From contig CM059432.1 of the NCBI GenBank assembly GCA_030390025.1, forward strand, positions 115,880,001-115,944,000: a stretch of DNA of 64,000 nt. The letters run 5' to 3'. The stretch comes from Squalus acanthias. Lineage: Eukaryota. Made by a program: the position numbers and the translations under genes. Under the pieces are notes generated by a model. That model ran no database searches. It had not been told where the DNA came from and saw only the letters and a list, made by a program, of their open reading frames with translations. How positions within the stretch are numbered: position 1 is the first letter of the stretch; the number at the start of each line of letters is the position of its first letter. Positions 27,201 to 36,108 of this stretch are shown here, one piece after another.

Positions 27201-27531
27201 TACATTGATGGCTGTCAGGCAAGGGATGCACTCATCCATGCCAGATTCACATGACCTTAAACTTCAAACACAGGTGGCTGGCAGATGGAGATGAATATAC
27301 GGTCAAGATTCTTAACACACCATACATCATCTGTCAATAAACGGTGCTTTCCGATCACTGTCACCACCATCATTATAAATGGAATTAGCCCTGAGCCCTC
27401 ACTGTGCAACTTCCATTTCCCACAATACATAGACCAGAACCTCAACTGCTTGCCATCACTTTTGTTTAATGACATCACAAAAAGAGGATAATTTACAGCA
27501 CAATAAAACACCCATGTGACTACCCTTATGA

Positions 27532-29439
27532 CTATTTGTGTGTTAACTTCCTCTTACGCGTGCTTCTACGTGTTACTTCCCCTGTGGCTTCAGCAGATGT
27601 AAAGGCACCTTGCTCACTTTGATGCTGCGCCTGCTTAGATGCCTTTGGCGGGCGTCCTCTGGGTTTGGGAGCCTGGGAGGGCTCCGCAACAGTCTGCTCT
27701 TCCTGCAGTTGTGCAGGGGCTGGGACGGCCATCTCAGTTGGGTGAGGACTCTGGTGGGGCTCTGACCGAGGGCTCCGCAGTGGCATGGGAGTGTGAGCGC
27801 TTGGAAAGGAGCCCACAGTTCCGCGTTGCCTGCCACCAACATCCCTCTCATGAGTCAGCCGCACTTCAGTGCTAGCAAGTGGCTGGAGAGCACCTTGCTG
27901 CACATCAGGGGGGCCATGAGGACCCGTATCTGTACTGGCAGTCCTCATAACAAGGACGTCCATGAAGCTCTGGTGTCTCCTCAATAGATGCCCATCTCTC
28001 CTCAATAGCAGACAATCTATTTTGAAGAGTCACCATGTTTTCATTCATCTGGTGATTTATGTCCTCCATGGCGGTTGCCAACCTCTCCATGTCGGAACGG
28101 TCTTGCGCCATTGCCTCCACAAAGGCAGTGCTCATGTTAGAGATGGACTCCTCCATTCTCTGCACACTCGCAGTTACCCTGGATGCAAACCCTGTCAGAG
28201 ACTCCTGCACTTGTACCTAGAGTTCCAGCACCGCTCTCTTTCTGGATGGCCCCAGAGGCACAGCGTCTACATGCAGCTGAGCAGAGCTAGGAGATTGCTG
28301 CGACCTCTGCCGAGGACTCTCCACTGCTGTCGCTGTCTCCACCATCTGCTGATGCTCACTTGTGAGCTGTGATACACCAGGTGACAACACTTTTCTAACT
28401 CACGATGGCCCCACCGAGGTGTGCGTTGCTACGCTGGTGCTGGGTGTGCTGAGTCCTGGTGACGCGGCTCCCTCTGAGGCTCCAGGTTCCTCTGAGGAGT
28501 CGTCTGGCTCTTCCTCCTGGACAGTGGGGAGGGGGGCTCTCGATGGTCCTGTGAGAGAGTAAAGGCATGAGTTAGACATCAGATTTTCAGGTAGCAGACA
28601 AATCCTTTTGTGCAGATGATCAGAAGTCAATCTCTATGAGCATCATATGCCATTGCAGTCAATCATAAATTGTAAATGCGAGGGATGAAAATACATTCTG
28701 TCACCAGCTTCCTCAAATATGTCCGTCTCTCCTTCCCCCACTTCCAGCTCCTCGCCACCTCCCACGATGTCGTGAGCAGCCTCCTCAGCGTTGGTTAATG
28801 TGGCCAGGGATGGTGTGCCTCCTCCTGTCTTTACTCTCTCTCTCTTATTGTGGGCTAGCTTTTCCTGCAAGGAGGGACACAAGTGGAGTTTCAGTGAGAG
28901 TCATGGAGTGAGTGTGAAGAATCCAAAACTTAGAAGCTTAGAGGGAGACCAAGATGGAGTGAGGTGGCAAGAGGAAGGAGCCTCCCTGTGCGTTGTTAGT
29001 TGTTGTCATTGCATAGCAGTGAGAGTGAGTGTGAGGGCTGCATAGCAGAATGGTGAAGTGATTCAGTACAGAGAGAGATAGAGAGGTAAGGGTGCAAGGG
29101 AAGTAAGGGTAAGGTGGGATGTGGAGGAGCAGGCTGACAATGCAGAGTGCTGGTGATGAGAAGGGAAGCAGTTTGAAGGTAAGTGTGATGTGATACTCAC
29201 TTTTGATGTTCGCAGAAGATCATTGAAGCGTTTTCTGCACTGGACCCAGGTGCGTGTACATAGCGACCTTGCGCTGACCTCCTCAGCAATCTGCAGCCAG
29301 GCTGCCTTTGTCTGTTGAGAAGGCTTCCTCCGGCCATCGGGAGGGAACAGAATCTGCCAAGTCCTCTTACTCCCTGCACATGCGTTTGCAGGGAGTCCTC
29401 AGTGAATCGGGGAGCAGTCTTTGCTTTCGCTGCACTCAT
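27532..29439 (-). pseudogene. Harbinger Myb/SANT (trihelix) gene, 3 exons, frameshifted
   Basis: APRFTEDSL.. / ..WLQIAEEVSARS..RTWVQCRKRFNDL|GTGAGT; exon 2 EKLAHNKRERVKTGGG; basic C-terminus RRSTRKRK. Confidence 0.8.
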
Positions 29440-29623
29440 GGTCACCTTGGCCCATTCAAGCTGCAGCAGTAACGAGAAATGAGAGGCTGAGGCTACATGG
29501 AGCCCTTAAAAACAAGTGCAGCAATGACCTTATCAGTGCAGACCAACAGACCTGCTCCCACGCAATGCAGCAGGCAGCGTGCACGACGGGGCTAATTGAA
29601 ACAATTAAGGCAAAATGAGACGG

Positions 29624-30032
29624 TGGGCAACACGGTGGCATAGTGGTTAGCACTGTTGCCTCACAGCACCAGGGACCCGGGTTCGAATCTGACCTCGGGT
29701 GACTGTCTGTGTGGAGTTTGCACATTCTCCCTGTGTCTGCGTGGGTTTCCTTCGGGTGCTCCGGTTTCCTCCCACAGTCCAAAGATGTGCGGGTTAGGTT
29801 GATTTGGCTATGATAAATTGACCCTTAGTGTTAGGGGGATTAAATACGTGGGGTTACGGGGATAGGGTGGGATATGTTAGGGGGGATTAAATACGTGGGG
29901 TTACGGGGATAGGGTGGGATATGTTAGGGGGGATTAAATACGTGGGGTTACGGGGATAGGGTGGGATATGTGTCGGTGCAGGCTCGATGGGCCGAAATGG
30001 CCTCTATCTGTACTGTGGGGATTCTGTGATTC
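29624..30032 (+). mobile_element. HE1-type V-SINE with three tandem copies of a G-rich unit of about 46 bp
   Basis: tRNA head, V-core GTGGAGTTTGCACATTCTCCC...GGTTTCCTCCCACAGTCCAAAGATGTGC, CR1-like tail. Confidence 0.85.
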
Positions 30033-30676
30033 AGACACCGGGAGCGGCTGAAACCGGCAGCGGGTCCGAAACCTGCCCACCAGGAAGCCCGCCCTCAACC
30101 CGCCTCCATTAGTAAAATCGAGCCCTAAGAGTCTAAATGGGGTAGATGGGCAAAGGGATCTAAGGGTACAGAGTCACGATCACTAAAAGTAGCGACGCAG
30201 GTTAATAAGGTCATAAAAAAACGCCAACCAAGCACTGGGGTACATTTCCAGAGGGGTAGAATTTAAAAGAAGGGAAGTCATGTTAAACTTGTATCGAACC
30301 TTGGTTAGACCACACTTAGGGGGGAAAATTAGGTCGCGCCCCGTTTGGGGCGCAAATATCGTCTGGACGCAAAAATTAGCGCCTGGCGCTAATTATCGCC
30401 ACTGACTGGAAACTTCACTTTTACCGCCCCGGGAGGTGAGTGGAGCGCTAAATCAGGCACTGCACACCTGTCTTAAGGCGCAAAGGCCGAGCAGTGAGGC
30501 GCTAACTCAGCGCGCGATCGCAGCGCAGGTGCTGCCAGTTAGCGAGGGAACACAGACACACTGGCGCCGGCCAGTTCTTAAAGCGGGGGGGCCAACTTGC
30601 TCCCCAGCCACACCCTGCTCATTGCAGCCTTGAATCTCGGCCTGGAGAGACCTGTGAATCCATTTTGCTGCCAAGG

Positions 30677-32550
30677 ATGGAGAGGGTGAGAGAACGAGCT
30701 CATCACTTCACCGAGCGGGCCTTGGATGCTCTGGTTGGCGCGGTGGAGCGCAGAAGATGTATACTCTTCCCTGAGAGTGGCAGGAGGCCTTTGCCACGCG
30801 AGTACAGAAGAGTGTGGAGGGAGGTGGCTCAGAGCGTCTCCTCCAGGAGCATGGTGCCCAGGACCCATGTTCAATGCCGCAAAAAGTTCAACGACCTCAC
30901 TCGGGTCGTCAGGGTGAGTGGCTTTTTCTCAATACCTCTCCATCCCTCCATCTCAACCTCACTCTATGGCCAGAGGGTCTTAAAACCCCAATGCACAACA
31001 CTCATCCAACACCTATGGCCCTTTCATGAAACACACACACACATTCCACACTTTGCATACAGTAAGGGCTATTCACCTATGGGAGGCACATCAGGCAAGA
31101 CCATGGCTGCATACAGTAAGGGCTATTCACCTATGGGAGGCACATCAGGCAAGACCATGGCTGCATACAGTAAGGGCTATTCACCTATGGGAGGCACATC
31201 AGGCAAGACCATGGCTGTATATTTACACAGATGCTGTCCTTTTACTTGCAGGCCAAGCTGGCGCATAATAGGAGACAGCAGCAACGGACAGGTGGAGGGC
31301 GGCCTCAGCTGCAACCCCTCAGCGATCTTGAGGAGCGCGTCCACAGGATTGTGGCAAGCCGGGTGATCGGTCCCGTCGCCACTGGAGACGCCGACCCCGT
31401 TCTGGACAGCAATGGTAAGGTCATCACCTTTTTGTCCTCTGTCCTTCCACTTGTCCCTCACAACACCAGCCTTTGACACTTTCAATCCAACTTGCTAACT
31501 CGCTGCACTTATTCCTCCCTTACTGCCACCCTGTCCTCACGCTAAAGCCACTCTTGTACCTCCCTGCTTTCAGATGGTGATTCACCAGCTGAGGAGACGG
31601 GCCCTGAAGCTGCCAGTGGGAGTGAAGCTGCAGCCGAGGAGGAAGAGGAAGCCGGAGCATCAGTGCCACCCTCTCCCGAGGAAGCCCATGCCCACACTGG
31701 GAACACGCCTTCCCTGGAGGGGAGCAGGGGGGAAGGGTCTGATGAGGGTGAAGCTCCAGGACCCAGCGGGCTGCAGCAACGCCATGGGGGTAGGGAAGAA
31801 CGGGGGCCTTCTCCCCAGAGGGAGAGTATGCCAGCGACTCCTACTGCAATGGACGCAGAGGAGGAGCGGCTGATCGCAGAAATGAACACCCAGGCGGTGG
31901 GCATGCACACTGAGCTCATGGGTGCAGTGGGAAGGGTGCCCGAATGCATTGAGTCACTGGCAAGGGGTGTGGAGCACTTCGCTGTAGCACAGGCGGATGC
32001 CACACTAACGCTTAGTGCTGCAATTCAGTCACTGACTGCCGTGATCCCATCTCTGACTGCTCTCATGCAGACTCAGATTGAGGCCACGCGAGCACTGACT
32101 GCTGCCAACCTCGATGGTTCGTTCACATGTCCCCGGGGCTCTCACCGCGCCGCAGCAGGCCAGCAATCTGTGCTCCAGCAGATTGCTCCGGATGCTGAAG
32201 TGCTGCCCCGTGGGAGTGCCAGTGTGTCGGGCGAGCAGGGAGTTGCTGTCCTCTCTCACGATGACAGCATTCCTGCTGCCAACACTGTCACTTCTCCACT
32301 GCACTTGCCACCGCCTGTAGGACAGACTGCTGCCGCCCATGCAGAGTTGGTGCAGTCTGCAGCCGGGCCCTCCAGGCCCAGAACTGGTCGAGGCCGTCCT
32401 TCAGGGGCATCTGCAGTGTCAGGGTCTGACAATCTACAGCCTTCCACCAGCCTTGCTGCAGCCACTGAGGTCCCATTACGGAGGAGCAGTAGGGTTAGAA
32501 GGGGGGAAGTGCGCAAGGGAAGGAGATCACCCTCGAAGGGCAAAAAGTAG
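30677..32550 (+). CDS. Harbinger Myb/SANT-like (trihelix) DNA-binding protein, 458 aa; exons 30677-30913, 31252-31414, 31574-32550
   Basis: GT-AG introns (phase 0 and 1) join in frame without stops; RAHHFTE..L...W.EVA..VS....RT..QCRKKFNDL, RTGGG, basic C-terminal tail. Confidence 0.88.
31054..31217. repeat. Three perfect tandem copies of a 54-bp unit in Myb intron 1
   Basis: GCATACAGTAAGGGCTATTCACCTATGGGAGGCACATCAGGCAAGACCATGGCT x3. Confidence 0.95.
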
Positions 32551-32862
32551 GAGGTGTGACAAAATGCTGGTCATTTTTTTATTAAAGGCCAAGGTTCGTG
32601 GTCCAACTTTTGTCTAGTGTTTTGGATATTATCTCCAGGTTGTGAGAACCAGTTATGTTAATGACTGTTTTTTTGTGTTTATTTCTATGAGTTTGTCATG
32701 AGGAAATGACACACACAGAGTTTGTAAAATAAATAAGTTTTTGTATTCAAAATATACATGTTTGGTGTTTGGAATCATTGGTGCCTTGGCCGGCTTAGGG
32801 GTTGCGTGCTGGGTTCATTGATGTTGTTAGCAATGGCAGAAGCCATTTCTACAGCAGGGGCC

Positions 32863-34023
32863 TTAGAAGCGGCTTGCTATCAGCCGTTGACGGACGGCCC
32901 TTGCAGTTTCACCATTGTGGGCCGCCCTCCCGCCTTGGTGCTGCTGATGATCATCCTCCTCGTCCTCTTCCTCCTCTTCCTCCTCCTCCTCTGGTGGTGC
33001 TCCAAGGCCTGGTGGCATTGGCTGGGTCCTGACGATTGCCATGTTATGCAACATGCAGCACACAACTACGAAGTTGGATACTCGTTCAGGCGAGTACTGC
33101 AGGGCTCCTCCAGAATGGTCGAGACAGCGGAACCGTTGCTTCAGCACACCGATTGTGCGCTCAATGATGTTCCTGGTAGCTTGATGGCTCTTGTTGTACC
33201 GCAGCTCAGCAGGGGTGTTGGGTGTACAGAGCGGTGTCATCAGCCAGGTGCTCAATGGATACCCCTTGTCCCCGAGAAGCCAACCAACTGGCTGATGCGG
33301 TGCCTCAAAAAGTTCTGCCACAGTAGTCTGGCGCAGGATGAAAGCATCGTGGCAGCTGCCAGGATAGTGGGCATTGACAGCGAGTATCAGCTGTCTGTGG
33401 TCACAGACCAACTGAACATTCAAGGAATGGAACATCTTTCTGTTCCGGAATTCCTCGGCATTCTCATGTGGAGCACGCAAAGCCACATGCGTGCAGTCAA
33501 TGGCGCCCTGCACCATGGGGAAGCCCGCTATCCTCGCAAAGCCCAGAGCGCGGTCACGCTGCTTGTCTGGGGTCATGGGGAAAGAGATGAACTCTCGTCT
33601 CCTTTTAAAGAGGGCATTTGTGACCTGCCGGATGCAGCAATGCACCGCGAACTGGGAGATATTGGCGAGGTCCCCAACAGCAGCTTGAAATGAGCCAGTA
33701 GCATAGAAGTTGAGAGCCACTGTGACCTTCACTGCCACCGACAGAGACGTCCTGGACCTCAGTTGAGGCTGCAGATCTGGCTGCAGCAGGTGGCAGAGCT
33801 CAGTGACCACCTCCTTGCTGAATCGCAGCCTTCGCAAACACAGCTCCTCAGACATATGAATGTAGGAGAGCTGTTCACGATATACCCTGGGAGGGTAAGC
33901 TCTCCTGTACATACGCCTGTTGGCCCTCCTCCGTCTGGCCATCATTGCCACTCTCTCTCTGCGTCTCTGTGTCCTCCGATTCAGCTGGAGCAGGACGACG
34001 CCCCCAATCAGTGCAGCCCCCAT
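32863..34023 (-). CDS. Harbinger DDE transposase (HARBI1-like), 386 aa, single exon
   Basis: ATG at 34023; GAIDCTH, GSCHDAF, LLGDKGY, RNIIERTIG, CCMLHN motifs; acidic tail; no stops. Confidence 0.92.
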   Translation of the reverse strand: MGAALIGGVVLLQLNRRTQRRRERVAMMARRRRANRRMYRRAYPPRVYREQLSYIHMSEELCLRRLRFSKEVVTELCHLLQPDLQPQLRSRTSLSVAVKVTVALNFYATGSFQAAVGDLANISQFAVHCCIRQVTNALFKRRREFISFPMTPDKQRDRALGFARIAGFPMVQGAIDCTHVALRAPHENAEEFRNRKMFHSLNVQLVCDHRQLILAVNAHYPGSCHDAFILRQTTVAELFEAPHQPVGWLLGDKGYPLSTWLMTPLCTPNTPAELRYNKSHQATRNIIERTIGVLKQRFRCLDHSGGALQYSPERVSNFVVVCCMLHNMAIVRTQPMPPGLGAPPEEEEEEEEEDEEDDHQQHQGGRAAHNGETARAVRQRLIASRF

Positions 34024-35284
34024 AGTCTCTTTGCAAGCAAAGTTATGAAGGACAGCAACCAAAGTACCAACGAAGTTAGGATCAGTAGGCAAAACTACCT
34101 CTCACAGCGTTGACTCAATGCAGAAGTCTCTCTTTCTCTCTCTCCGAATCTCTCTCTCTCTCTCAGAACGAGTGGTGCAAAAATGTCAACCACAGAAAAA
34201 GACAGGAAGAGGCCCCCTTTAAATAGCGCCCCCCCAGCCCCACAGCGATTGATAGCGTTCCAGTCTTCCGGTCGTTGGATGCGCCAGGCGGTAAGGCAGG
34301 GGGCGCCACTCAATTTCCACTCCGGGGCGCCACAAGGGCGTTGCACCATGGAATGACGTAACAATCTGCGCGCGCAGGTGGTCGCGGCGGTAAAGTTTAG
34401 CGCCGCCGCACAATGTCTAGTTAAGTTCCCGAGCGGCGCAAACATCGCTGCGCCCGGGCGCTAGCGGCTTTGCGCCCCATTAGCGCCCTCTTAAGGCGCT
34501 AACCGGAGGCGCAACCAACTGAATTTTTCCCCCTTAGAGTACTGTGCACAGTTCTAGTTTCCATATTACAAAAATTATATAAAGGCACTGGTGAAGATGC
34601 AAAAGAGATGTACAGGGATGATACCAGAATTGAAAGGATTATAGCTATCAGGAAAGACTGAATAGGCTGGGGCTCTTTTCTATAGAAAAGAGAATTCTGA
34701 GAGGTGACCTGATAGAGGCCTTTAAAATGATAAAGAGGTTCTATGTGTTAGACATAGAGGAGATGTTTCCACATGTTGGGGATTCAAAAACTAGGGGCCA
34801 TATATATAAGGTAGTCACTCATAAACCCAATAGGGAATTCAGGGGAAACCTCTTTACCCAAAGAGTGGCAAGAATGTGAACGTGCTACCACAAGGAGTAG
34901 TTGAGGCAAATAGCATAGATGCATTTAAGGGGAAGTTGTATAAGCACATGAGGGAGAAAGGAATAGAAGGGTATGCTGATAGGATTAGATGAAGAGGGGT
35001 GGGGGGAGGCTTGATGTGGAGCAGGACTTCTGCATTCCCACTCTTGCCAGGTTCTTCGGCCATTTTCAGTCTCACCTGCACCTTCCCCACCTCCCTGAAA
35101 TATTGGGGCCAATATCTCACCTAATTGGAGAGGCATAGAAACATAGACATAGAAACATAGAAGATAGGAGCAGGAGTAGGCCATTCGGCCCCTCGAGCCT
35201 GCTCCGCCATTCGATGAGATCATGGCCGATCATTCAAACTCAGTACCCTGTACCTGCCTTCTCCCCATATCCCTTGATACTTTT

Positions 35285-35592
35285 ATAGAAACATAGAAAC
35301 ATAGAAACATAGAAACATAGAATCTAGGAGCAGGAGTAGGCCATTCGGCCCGTCGAGCCTGCTCCACCATTCAATACGATCATGGCTGATCATCCAAATC
35401 CAGTACCCTGTCCCTGCTTTAATCCCCACAGTACACACATCCCACCCTACCCCCGTAACCCCACGTATTTAATTCCCCCTAACATATCCCATCCTATCCC
35501 CATAATCCCACATATTTAATCCCCCCCCTAACACTAAGGGTAAATTTTTTTATCATAGCCAAATCAACCTAACCCACACATTTTTGGACTTT
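35285..35592 (-). mobile_element. Chimeric insertion: HE1 SINE 3' part fused to a CR1 3' tail
   Basis: 35419-35592 matches 29775-30020; 35285-35418 is CR1 3' UTR plus (TTTCTATG)n. Confidence 0.7.
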
Positions 35593-36108
35593 AAGATTAT
35601 CTTTAAGAAATATATCTAATTCATTCTTGAATATATTTAATGACTTGGCCTCAACTACCTTCTGTGGTAGAGAATTCCACAGGTTCACCACTCTCTGGGT
35701 GAAGAAATTCTTCCTAATTTCTGTCCTAAATGGCTTACCCCTTATCCTTAGATTATGACCCCTGGTTCTGGACTCTCCGACCATCGGGAACATTCTTCCT
35801 GCATCTAGTTTGTCCAGACCTGTCAGAATTTTATATGTTTCGATGAGATCCCCTCTCATTCTTCTATACTCCAGCAAGTATAAGCCCAATCGACCCAATC
35901 TCTCCTCATATGTCATTCCTGCCATCCCAGGTATCAGCCTTGTGAATCTTCGCTGAACTCCTTCCATGGCAAGAACATCCTTCCTCAGATAAGGTGACCA
36001 AAATTGCACACAGTACTCAAGGTGTGGTCTCACCAAGGCCCTGTACAACTGCAGCAGGACATCCCTGTTCCTATACTCAAACCCTTTCGCTATGAAGGCC
36101 AACATACC

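Larger units (their letters stand above)
26411..30125. mobile_element. Non-autonomous Harbinger: Myb gene kept, transposase core deleted
   Basis: TIR GGGCTTGATTTTA / TAAAATCGAGCCC; TAA TSD inside CR1 ORF2. Confidence 0.85.
30319..34533. mobile_element. Full-length, apparently intact autonomous PIF/Harbinger transposon (4215 bp)
   Basis: TIR GGGGGGAAAATT / AATTTTTCCCCC; TTA TSD restores CR1 AGACCACACTTAGAGTACTG; two convergent intact genes. Confidence 0.95.
21850..35035 (+). mobile_element. Old, near full-length CR1 (ORF1+ORF2) split by several nested insertions
   Basis: ORF1 Cys motifs near 22950 and 23590, esterase 23759-24273; ORF2 remnants 24450-26410, 30126-30318 and 34534-35030 that rejoin across TSDs. 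Confidence 0.8.

Noticed and set aside
31054..31217. CRISPR-like array
   Set aside because: Head-to-tail identical units with no spacers, in a eukaryotic intron
32758..33693. 311-aa plus-strand ORF
   Set aside because: Antisense shadow of the transposase; the Leu-rich stretch mirrors the GAG repeats
32863..34023. Host HARBI1 or MSANTD/NAIF1 gene
   Set aside because: Flanked by TIRs and a TSD inside a CR1, with decayed paralogues nearby; transposon genes, so no symbol given
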